Origin: Octopus sinensis
Lineage: Eukaryota
Assembly (NCBI RefSeq): GCF_006345805.1
Contig: NC_042998.1
Coordinates: forward strand, 101,370,001 to 101,434,000
DNA length: 64,000 bases
Direction of reading: 5' to 3'
A model generated the notes under the pieces. The model did no database searches, was not told the DNA's origin, and saw only the letters and a program-made list of their open reading frames with translations. The position numbers and the translations under genes were made by a program. This document shows positions 52,921-64,000 of the stretch, piece after piece; the stretch's first letter is position 1; every line of letters begins with the position of its first letter.

Positions 52921-53624
52921 ATTTTTTCGAAAGCTTTCGAAAGCTGAGCGATAAAATAAGATCTTCAGCGCTTTTACCGCGTGTTTAAATCGACCGGTAC
53001 TGCTTACTGTAAAGATAATAGTGTTCAGAAAGACCACGTTCTGTTTGCATACATATAGCACAGATTTATGAAAAAAACATAATCGTTTTTTCATAATTCG
53101 CGTAATATCTTCCCATTTTACAACAAAATACGGCACATTTACACATATATTTGAATTTTAAATTGAAGTAGAATCATAACTAATGGCAAAAGAAAAAGAA
53201 TATACACGTAGAAAGGTAGAAAGGTAAAAGCAATGAAAGGAAATGGAAATTCATGAAGATAAGTAATTCCCAAATGAAAAAGTAAAAACCAAACCAAAAT
53301 TACCGATGTTCTTTTGGAAATGACTGCCATCTATCATTGTCATACAAGAATATTAATGTATCGTATGAAATATGGCAATCTACGCAATTGTCTTGTGGCT
53401 TGGAATTATAACCGTTTAACATGAACAGAAAATTTTCTACATACCTTATTCCTTAGAATAATTAGTTGCAGCTCCCATCAAATTGAAGGTAGTTGATTTC
53501 CCTGGAAGCAAAATAAATACTGTTAAAAACCAATCACATAGAACTAATGTGAAGTCAACCGTGATCGGTTGATTTTTCACACAAACGTTTTGAATAGACA
53601 AATATGCATGAGTATATGTATGCA

Positions 53625-53666
<42 letters not shown>

Positions 53667-55159
53667 TATTCACACACATACATCCTCATGCTACATATAA
53701 AGGTTTAAACAAAGCCATTAATGTAATTACAACCAAAACAGCAAATGACATCTCAATTCCGATAAATGTCTGACATAAAAACTAAAAAACGAAAATAACA
53801 ATTTACGTAACTAGAGAATATGAAATCAGAATCATATCAGTTAGAGAGAAAATATTAGATCGGTATCGGAATATGATATCAATTAGTAACTATGACAGCT
53901 TTGATAATAACATAGCTAATATATTTTATATCACAATTTGCGTGACCGATTTCATTAATATTTTTGACAATTTTATAACTAAGTACTCACTGAATTATGA
54001 CTAAAAGTTTCATAGTATATGGGAACTATAGAAGCTAAGTACATAAAATGTAAGCGGGATATGCTAGTATCGTATCATTGGAATACTTAAAAAAATATAA
54101 TCGACATCAAATATTCACAACACAGAAGCAAAGTTGTAAAAGCAAATACAGCTATGTTATTCATAAACATGTGCAACTCTGTTCTCTGTGTGACAATACA
54201 GGTTAATTACCTTGACCTGAGCATTCATTACACTACTGAGATGGTATCAAAACCAATAACTTTCATTCTCGGCCAGTATGCTTTCTTATTTTTGTTGTCT
54301 TTCAGAATTCTACTTAGCTTCGATTCTTGGGTGTTGCTTATGAAGCGACCGCATACTTTTTGTGATGTTTCTCTCTGCGTTAGGAAACTGTAATGACATC
54401 ATTAGTTCGATTATATTGTATTTTGTTGTCAGGGCTGAGTCAAACTGTAACTTTGCTATCAGCCTTTACCTTGACATCTCATTCATTATTGTTCACCAAT
54501 CACAACTCATATTGACTTTTGGTGCTAAGTTCGGAAATTAATTTTCTGAGCCCAAAAGTATAATTAGGAATGTTTTACATCCGCTAGTAGAGTTCATTTG
54601 ACAGGCAAACAAATCCACGTCACGTTTCTCTCTCATTACTTTTATTTTTGTCTTAGCGATATTCATTGATGCCTGTCGGACAGATACCGAAGCCACATCG
54701 CATTTTTACTTTCTTTTAAGCACTTAAGAGTTAATAAAGGCAAAATACGGTTGAACATTTGCTCTTCACAGCACATAGATTACTATTATTATTTGTGGTA
54801 GGAGTTATACTTTAAGTATTAATAGTTATACAACATATTTAAGTAGTTTAGTACCACAAGCTAGTTATGCCACGCGTCATTAACCTATTTTAATTAAATT
54901 CTAATTCAAATTTTTCAATCAATCATTTTGTTTCACTTATTTGTATTTTAATCTATTTTTAAAAATAAAATCAATATTATTCATCATTAATCTATCATCA
55001 TCGACTCAAACATTAATTCGTCATTGATGGTCACATGATCATGATCATCATGATCACCACCAACTCAACATTAATACGTCATTCATGAGCAGATCATCAT
55101 TGTCGTCGTCGTCATCACCATCATCATCATCACCAGCAGCGCAGAGACGAAACGTTTAA

Positions 55160-55277
55160 CCCTTTGAGCGCGTAACATTGGTTTACCGGTGGATGGCTTA
55201 TTTTTCTCTATACCGTAGCACTGGTGGGGTGCTAGATATATGGTAAAATAAGGTTCAGGTGGTCAGGGCTCAAAGGG
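55160..55277. mobile_element. 118-bp piggyBac-type MITE
   Basis: TTAA|CCCTTTGAGC ... GCTCAAAGGG|TTAA: 10-bp TIRs and a TTAA target duplication. Confidence 0.85.
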
Positions 55278-55754
55278 TTAAAGGTGACACATGAGCAGGC
55301 CGTTGTCTCGTACTATTTGCGAAAAATATGGCCTCAACGCTTTTTTAGACCAGATGTATTTAAATGAAGTCTAATGATGGAAACCAGTAACTGAGGGGAT
55401 ATATGCATGTTGGATCCTGTGTCGTTTACAACAATAAACTTTTAGTTGTTCAATCATTAGCTTAACATGAAAGTGGTTGAGTATTCCGCAGACACGTGTA
55501 TCATTTAAGTAAAGACGAATCCTGACCACCATGACTCCTTATGCAACTAGGATTGGTGTTTAAATTAGGGGTACATTCCATCAGACAGGATTTACAATTT
55601 CCGTCTTCACAACCTATGTCACAAAACAAGGGTCAACTAGGGGAGACAATTGTCTGAAATGTTAACCAATAGGGACGAATCCACGATTTCGTGATTGCGA
55701 AGTGAACTACTTAACCATATGATAACAAACATACACACACATACACAGACATGT

Positions 55755-55814
<60 letters not shown>

Positions 55815-55958
55815 TTGTTTTTCTGTCTACCTATCTATCTACCTAACTACCTACCTACCTATTTATATATCTATCTATCTGTTTCTCTCTTTCACTCTCG
55901 AATTTTAATTATAACATATACATACATAAGCATATATATAGATATTATTTTTATTATT

Positions 55959-56020
<62 letters not shown>

Positions 56021-56065
56021 ATATATATATATATATATATACACACACATACATCCACAAACACA

Positions 56066-56932
56066 TCTATATCTAATCTATAAAATGAAGAAGGTGAACG
56101 TTGATACAAATTAGATTTTTATGTTAAAAGGAGTTTAAATGGGGCTGGGAGGGGATTAAAATTTACAGGAGGGTGTAACTTAAGGTGAGAAATTGATTGG
56201 GAGACATTATTGGGCGCTACAGTAGTTGCATTGGTGTGAAAACGGGGATTTTATTGATTTTTGGGGACACTTGCGAGGTGGGTCTGGATTGGACACCTTT
56301 TGCTCGATTTCAATTAAATTTTCAACATGGTAAAGTGGAAGCGGATTTGTAATTTAAGCGTAGAAAATGGGTGCGAAATTTTGAAAATTAAGGCAAGATT
56401 TTTGAAGTTGAAAAAATTTCTTATTTTTACGTATTTTTGCCTTTTAGTTTTTATTGTTTACAGTTTTCATTTTTTCTGAAAGAAATTTACAGCTGCATGT
56501 AGTCCGTGTTTAGAGCTTTCCTTTGCATTGTCAATCGTCGAAAAATTCCCCAAATAAGTACTAAATTTAACAAAAAAATCCGTTTTTTCCTTAGTTTTAA
56601 CCGCTCAAATAGTGGCACGTACAAAAGACAAGTGTGCTTTCCGTTGTCACTGCTTGATATTCATGATTGATCTTTCAAAATATTATTCTTTTTCAACTTA
56701 CTCAAGGTCTTTTGTTTTTTATAAATGGGAGAGAGAGAGAGATATAGAGAAAGATAGAGAGTAAGATAAAGCGAGGGAGAGTCAGAGAGAAAGGACGAGT
56801 AAGAGAATGGGAAAGTGAGGGAGAAAGGAGAGAGACACACAGGGAGAATGTGGCGATAAGAAACAGAAAGGAAGTAACAGAAAGTAACAACCACACCCTC
56901 ACCCGCGCATAGAGCGGGTCACTTTAAGTTAG
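56066..56932 (+). mobile_element. Apparently complete non-autonomous Helitron (867 bp)
   Basis: 5' A|TCTATATCTAATCTATAAAA; 3' hairpin ACCCGC-GCATAGA-GCGGGT (56901-56919), then TTAG|T. Confidence 0.7.
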
Positions 56933-57313
56933 TATATATATATAGGATGGAGGTAGAAATAGCACAGAAATAAATCTATGGCATTTCAATTTAAGAAGGA
57001 ACTTAATATGATTTAAAAATTATATAAAGAAAATATTACCGGTTTCGATGACGAATCTCATCTTATCAAATATCAGTAAAAATTTGAAGTAAAAACAGTT
57101 TATTTTCTGTCTAGCGTGGGGTGGGGTGGGGTGGGGTCGAAAACATGTTTGGGGTTTTTTCATTGAAGACTTCGTTAAATATATATTCGTATAGAGTTCA
57201 AGGTGTTAGAGAGAAAAAGAGGGGGTATAATTGTCCATTGTCTAAAAGAAATCTTTGTAGGTTTCTACTCCCTTCGCAGGTTCCTGTTCCCGTTCGTATT
57301 ATTGAGCTTTGTG

Positions 57314-57349
<36 letters not shown>

Positions 57350-57550
57350 AGGTGAAGGAATCATCCTATGTTTACCGTCAACATGGAAAATTCGATGAAC
57401 CGATACCAGGGTAGTAAATTCACGTCAGAAACACGGTTGAAGCGACCTATCCAAAGGTAGAAACTCCGGGTTCATGTGCAGAAATTTGTGTGTTATATAT
57501 GAATAAATAAATAAATGGAGTTGGACGAAGATGTTAACAAAATTCCTTTA

Positions 57551-57632
57551 CTCTCGACATATATTTCGAAGGCAACATAGTTTTATTCCAAAGGAATAAA
57601 CGGTGTAAGATGCAACCTTCTCATCAGGAAAG
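57551..57632 (-). ncRNA. Type I hammerhead ribozyme, intact core, long stem II
   Basis: CTTTC-CTGATGA-GAAGG...TTTATTCC TTT GGAATAAA...CCTTC-GAAA-TATATG-TC-GAGAG; predicted cleavage between 57556 and 57555. Confidence 0.8.
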
Positions 57633-59074
57633 AAAGGGAGACTCTCTCAACAATAACACTAAAATAATAATTACGATGACTGCCTACATGGTAAACAAAA
57701 CGTTAATGAGTGTTTAAAAAACCGTTAGTAGAATTGACGTCAAAGTTAGATAGTAGGAAGAGAAGGGTTAAAGGAATACACATACACACATACATGTACA
57801 CGCTTAGAAATTGTTTCAATTTCTATGGATAGACACAGCCGATTGTATTAATACAGTGATACTTGAATATTCATCGGCTGAAAATGTTCAGCTTTTGTTT
57901 TCTCTCTACTTCCATGTATACTGTATGGGTGTTTCGTATATCTAACTCGAGCAGTTTTGCTTGTTTACTTGCATCATTATCTCGCTCTCTCTCCATATAT
58001 ATATTACTATTTAGAATTTGGAATTCAGTGTGTATTTCCGTTCGTATTATTGAACCCTATATTCTATATATATTAGACAGATATTCATGTATATACATAT
58101 ATACAACCGTGAAAGAGAGGGAAATAAACTGTGAATGAGAGAGATTGGGAAACGAAGAGAAGGATTTATTTCGTTTCGCTTGGAAAGTGAGTCTTGTGCA
58201 ACCCAAAAGGATTGTCATTATGACAGCCATCCATTATTTTAGTCTAAATAGAAATACACACACACACACACACACGCACACACAAACAAACAAACAAAAC
58301 ACACGGCGCTCAAATACACAGAGCACACTCACCTGAATGCACATTCATAGACATGCAAACACACTTGCGTATATACCACAACAATGGTATATTTTATCGC
58401 AAATGCGTGCATATGCATTCACTCATACTAACGCACAACTAAATGATTTTCTAATATTAGAAAAAAAAACCTCAGAAAAATCCTAGTATCCTCATCCAAA
58501 ATACCGTTGCATCGGTGTTGTATAAATATTTCTTTATGAATCGGAACACTCATTTGCAATTGTAAGCTGATAATGAAATTACCATTCATGAGAATATTGT
58601 ACAATATTCAATCAAGAGGAAATTATTCTATAAAATACTTCAGGTTCTGATAAAGGGTATGATTATATCACAATTTCTAATGTATTGCAGTTTGTCTTAG
58701 GATTTTTTGCATCAACTACTTGTATTTACATACAGGCAAATATACAGAGTGCTGCGAACATTGAAATACAACTATATGCCACATGTGTGTGTGTCTGTGT
58801 CTGTGTGTAACATGTATATGTATATAATTCTGTTGTTTAATATATACTATGATTCTATTTCTAGTTTAGTATTGTAAATAGTATCAAGTTTCCCTAATTA
58901 TCATTTCTATCTCATTTGGAATACAAAGATTCACAAAAGTATAATTTCATGCATTTGTAGCATAATAGAATATATATTTATTAATTTTACTATATTCATC
59001 TTGTATATGCTTGTCATTTTGTTATATTTGTGTGTTTTCGAAGAAATAATCTCATAATAAATTGAAACCTTATA

Positions 59075-59605
59075 TTTTTCTAAATCTCTCAACAAGAAAC
59101 ATTCAGTAACAGTACTCTAAAGTAAAGATTAATTGCCAACATAACGTGGCAGTCCCTGTTGGGTCGAATGGTAATGCTATTTAACCCCAGAAAACATCGT
59201 CTCCAGCTGGCTATACGACACTATCTGCGTCCTTACATTTTCGAACATTTAGCATCCCCACTCAGGACAAAGCAATATCCGTGGACCGCAGTTTCTGAGT
59301 TATTTCTTTACATCGGATAGAGATGGCACCGTTAAACTCCTATACGAAAATATATATAACTTTCAAAGTGACACAATCAATGATCTAATAAATAGAACCA
59401 TTATTTTTTCTAAATCTTTCAACGAGAGACGTTCAGTATCAGTACTCTAAAGTAAACATTATTAGCCAACATAATGTGGAAGTCCCGGTTGGGACGAATG
59501 TTACTGCTATTAACCCCAGGAAACATCGTCACCTGCTGGCGATATGACACTATCTTTGTCCTTATGTTTTCGAACAGGGGAGTTTAGCATCCGCACTTAT
59601 CACAA
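59075..59605. repeat. Two diverged copies of a repeat of about 200 bp, offset about 330 bp
   Basis: TTTTTCTAAATCT..CAAC...CAGTACTCTAAAGTAAA...GCCAACATAA...AACCCCAG.AAACATCGTC at about 59075 and 59405. Confidence 0.8.
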
Positions 59606-60060
59606 ATGTTTCCGAGGTATTTATCTTTGCCATCGCTATGCATACGTACATACAAACATACATACATACATATATACATACATACATACATACATACATA
59701 CATACATACATACATACATACATACATACATACATACATACAAGTACACACATACATACGTATTTACATACATGCCTACATACAAGCATGCATACAATCA
59801 GTCATATATATCTAGTTAGCTATTTACCTATCTATCAACCTAACGACATACATGCATACATATATACACACATACAAGCATACATGCACACATGCATACC
59901 TACATACCTACCTACCTACCTACCTACTACCTACCTACCTACATACCTACCTACCTACCTACCTACCAACATACCTACCTACCTACCTACCTACCTACCT
60001 ACATACATACATACATACATACATAAATGCATACATACGTACGTACATACATACATAATA

Positions 60061-60260
60061 CTCTTTACCCTTCTACTTGTTTCAGTCATTTGACTGCGGC
60101 CATGCTGGAGCACCACCTTTAGTCGAACAAATCGAACCTAGGACTTATTCTTTGTAAGCCTAGTATTTATTCTGTCGGTCTCTTTTGCCGAACCGCTAAG
60201 TTACGGGGACGTAAGCACACCAGCATCGCTTGTCAAGCGATGTTGAGGAGACAAGCGCAG

Positions 60261-60297
<37 letters not shown>

Positions 60298-60470
60298 TAT
60301 ACATATTTACGACGGGCTTTTTTCAGTTTCCGTCTACCAAATCCACTCACAAGGCTTTGGTCGGCTCGAAGCTATAGTAGAAGACACTTGGCCAAGGTGC
60401 CATGCAGTGGGACTGGACCCAGAACCATGTGGCCAAGGTGCCATGCAGTGGGACTGGACCCGCAACCATG
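60061..60470 (-). mobile_element. SINE family A with a local duplication of about 40 bp
   Basis: Matches 50967-51360; GGCCAAGGTGCCATGCAGTGGGACTGGACCC is duplicated. Confidence 0.9.
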
Positions 60471-60509
60471 TATATACACATACATATATACACTAAACTA
60501 GACATGAAC

Positions 60510-61360
60510 CACATTATTACCAACTGAGAGAACGTTTTCCAGATACTATATTCTCATGAGTCATGATACAATGGCCTGACCCGTCTGGAACAGGATAACA
60601 AAGACTAGAATGTCTACGAACGAAGTTGACCATATTAAGGCCGATGGGACAAAAGAATACCGGTGGAACTTGAAAATTCAAATAGCCACCAACTCAAAAC
60701 ACAATCTCCTAGGTGGGACCACAAAGAAATGTTGTGGAAATCAGCTGCCACCTGGACAGGAACGTATTTAGAAAAATATGGGGAAAGAGGACATCTATGA
60801 GCCATTGATAAGGAGTTTGCAAATCTAGTATCCAAGTTACATTTTCAGCTTTATGCCCATTATTATTGGAGCAACAGGATACATACCAACTCGTATGGTT
60901 CAAAGTAAGGTCGAAATTGTAATCTTGGAGATAGAATGCAAATCCTCAATTCATACGCTTCAATGATCACGATATTTGGGACTACAAAACATTCTTAAGA
61001 TTTATCACTTAATACATATGAGCATGTTTAGATATGTAAGTATATGCATGAGAAGATATACATAAAACAAAGCATATAGACCAGTACATATACATACATG
61101 CATACATACATACATACATACATACATACATACATACATACATACATACATACATACATGCATGCATGCATGCATGCATACATACATACATAGATACATA
61201 CATACATACATGCATACATACATACATACATATGTACATATGTACATACAAAAATAAACTGTTGTTGATGTTGAAATTCCAATGCAGGAGCCTTAGATCT
61301 AAGTTAAAAACTGGTTCTTTCTCTATTGGCAAGAAATCTTGAAATAAAATTGAATAATGA
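60510..61360 (+). mobile_element. 3' portion of an R4/Dong-like LINE: RLE endonuclease relic, stop, UTR, (CATA)n and terminal unit of about 110 bp
   Basis: RYYILMSHD; EYRWNLKIQIAT; WDHKE; ISCHLDRN; KEDIYEPLIRSLQI*YPSYIFSFMPIIIGATGYIP; KTFLRFIT* (stop at 61010-61012). Confidence 0.8.
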
Positions 61361-62127
61361 CATGCATACATACCTAGATAAATACATACGCACATACATA
61401 CTTCTCTTATCTCGAAAGGCATTGTCACATTGTTAATGACTGGCTTGAATTCTCTCAAGAAATACTCAAATAAAACTCAAATGAAAAATATACGTACATA
61501 CAATCTTTAATTCTAATACAACTAATGATCACGATGTCTGGGACATTAGAAATCTGCAAGAATCTTCTTAAGATTTAAATGATTATGGTTAAAACAAGGT
61601 GCTTTAGTTCACAACTTAGCTACCATGTAATTGGCCAGTCAGAATTTATTCTAACATGAAAAGAGAAAGAGAACAATTACAAAGCGCTGAGAGGCACAAC
61701 AATTTACCATCTAATGTAGGTTCGGTAAAAAGTTCCAGATTCTAATCTTGTATTCCACGCGGTCATATCGTGGGACAGGATAGGTTGTGGAGTTCGAACC
61801 AAAATATATTGTTATAAGAAAGGCAGAAGAGGTGATTTGTTTCTATAACTTTTATATAATGTAAACGACACGTTTCCGTCTTTTGCTATAATACCAAGGA
61901 TATACCCAGTTGTATTATAAAAAACGTGCATATAAGATTAAAAGATGCCAATTACGATTATTCTACATTTATTAATACTACACACACACATATATATATA
62001 CATATATACAAACATGCACACACACATACATACACACATACACACACGCATACACACACACACACACACACACACAAGAGGGGCGGACAAAATATCTAGC
62101 GGCACTTCTTCCTGTTTTACATTGTAA

Positions 62128-62275
62128 ATTCAAATTCCGCCGAGGTCGACTTTATCTTTGATCCTTTCGGAGCCAATAAAATAAGAACCAGTCAAACACC
62201 GAGTTCGATGAATTCGTAGCACCACACCCTCCCCAAAAAATTTCATACCTTGTGTTTATAGTAAAAATGATTATT
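62128..62275 (+). mobile_element. SINE family C, 5'-truncated
   Basis: AATTCAAATTCCGCCGAGGTCGACTTT...ATCCTTTCGG. Confidence 0.8.
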
Positions 62276-62461
62276 ACTATATATATATATTTACATATAT
62301 GTATGTGTATTCTTATATCTTTGTGTATGTAATATCTTCCTTGTACCACAGTTTAACACTGTCCGGAGATGATGAATACTGATTTACTAACCAAAAACGA
62401 TATTATCTTTGTATCTAAACTTTGCCAAGTCTTTAAAAAAAGTTGAATAGGAACTTCAATA

Positions 62462-62677
62462 TCCTTTTCTACTGTAGGTACAAGGTCCGAATGTTTGGGG
62501 GAGGGGGCCAGTCGATTAGATCGACCCCCAGTACGCAACTGGTACTAAATTTATCGACCCCGAAAGGATGAAAGGCAAAGTCGATCTCGGCAGAATTTGA
62601 ACTCAGAACGTAAAGACAGCCGAAATATCGCTAAGCATTTCGCCCGACGTGCTAACGTTTCTGCCCGCTTGCCGCCT
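62462..62677 (-). mobile_element. SINE family C, full length
   Basis: TTTATCGACCCCGAAAGGATGAAAGGCAAAGTCGA...TTTGAACTCAGAACGT...GCTAACG. Confidence 0.9.
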
Positions 62678-63213
62678 TATAGGAACTTCAATATCAGAAT
62701 GAGACAGATCGCACTACTGGGAAAAAAAATCACTATGACAAAAATCAAACAAACAAAAAAAAAACATATAAACAAACAAACAAAAAAACAGATGCTTCAT
62801 ATGTTGGCTTTTCGGATGACAAGCAGAATAATACCTGCTTTAATTACATGTCAAGGTAGTATATACTGGAAAACTGGAAGGCAACTTGGACACTGAATGT
62901 GACAATGTTTCAAGCAGTAATATGAAACTCGACGATGAAAGGGGATACCACGGGAGACGTCATTTACTACTTACTGCGTTAGGGGTAGGTAAAAGGAGAT
63001 ATTAGATGGAAGCGATTAAAGTGGAAATACGTGATATGAATGAAATCCAAAGTAGATTCCATCGAAGTTTAGAATCAGTAGGCGAAGACGGAAATAAGAA
63101 CTGAAGGTAATTTATCCCCTAATGATACGGTTAATTATGTTCTTATTCCACGAGTTAATCACGATATATAAAATACGTTATTTCTTGCTCTTATTCTATA
63201 TTTCTGTGAACAG

Positions 63214-63275
63214 TGTCGGACTAATCATAAGTTTCAATGTATTTGCGTTGGCGAAACTGACAAAGTAGACTCTAG
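63214..63275 (+). CDS. Candidate 62-bp internal exon of an unknown gene
   Basis: TTCTATATTTCTGTGAACAG|...CTCTAG|GTAAAT; open frame CRTNHKFQCICVGETDKVDS. Confidence 0.2.
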
Positions 63276-63389
63276 GTAAATCAGGTAGTGACATATCACA
63301 GAAGAGACAACTCAGAATCCCTCGTATACATATACATGCATAGATATACACATAGATACATAGATATATACACACATGCACACACACAT

Positions 63390-63428
<39 letters not shown>

Positions 63429-63499
63429 CACGCACACATATATACGTGCATCAATGCATGCATATACACACACGCATGCACACAAACACACACACACAC

Positions 63500-63533
<34 letters not shown>

Positions 63534-63583
63534 CATACACGCACATACATATACAGACATATATTATATATATATCTTTCAAA

Positions 63584-63930
63584 TGTCTTTTATTCTCCGG
63601 GCCGATCAAAGCCTTGTGGGGTGATTTGGGTTGAGAGAAGCTGAAGGAAACCCGTCTTATGTGTGTGTATATATAAATGTGTATGTGTGTGTGCGTGTGT
63701 ATACGTGTGCGTGTGTCTGTGTTTGTTTGAGTTTTGTTCTTCCTCATCACCATCTGACAATCGGTGTTACTTTGTTTACGTTCCCTTAACCTGGCTGTTC
63801 GGCAAGAGAATCGATAGAGTACGTGCCAAACTTTAAGAAATAAGAACTGGTGTTGATCTTGCTTACTAAAATGTTTAAGACGATACTCCAGCATGGCCGC
63901 AGTATAATGACAGAAACAAATAAAAGATAA
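63584..63930 (+). mobile_element. SINE family A, diverged and 5'-truncated
   Basis: GGGCCGATCAAAGCCTTGTG...CTCCAGCATGGCCGCAGT...GAAACAAATAAAAG. Confidence 0.75.
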
Positions 63931-64000
63931 AATACACTTATCAGAACATACAATTTTATGAATATTTAAAAGAGAATTGAATGCGTTAAATGTCAAAATA

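Noticed and set aside
52925-52975. CTGAAGA with AGCG/CGCT and GAAAGCTTTC on the minus strand as another permutation
   Set aside because: No U-H cleavage site in register and no stem II.

Overview
64 kb of AT-rich, microsatellite-saturated eukaryotic non-coding DNA. It is most likely octopus (inferred from the tRNA-derived SINE families and the (TA)n/(TACA)n/(AAT)n landscape). I found no intact host gene; there are only a few low-confidence exon candidates, and nearly all listed six-frame ORFs are translated microsatellites. The window contains three SINE families and decayed transposons: Tc1/mariner (two), Tigger/pogo, a piggyBac MITE, Helitrons, R4/Dong-like, CRE-like, L1/Tx1-like and Penelope-like elements. 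It also has several long inverted repeats and a 1.95-kb tandem duplication that may be an assembly artefact. The most interesting signal is a set of hammerhead ribozyme motifs in Penelope-like repeats. Besides conventional type I motifs (best at 57551-57632, minus strand), two elements with different stem sequences (40336-40398 and 33240-33305) and a degenerate third (20400-20458) carry the three hammerhead strands in a non-circularly permuted order: cleavage-site strand, then GAAA strand, then CUGANGA strand. Stems I and III pair perfectly with different sequences in the two best copies, and linker lengths are conserved. All structures and homologies were read by eye; none were computed or searched.
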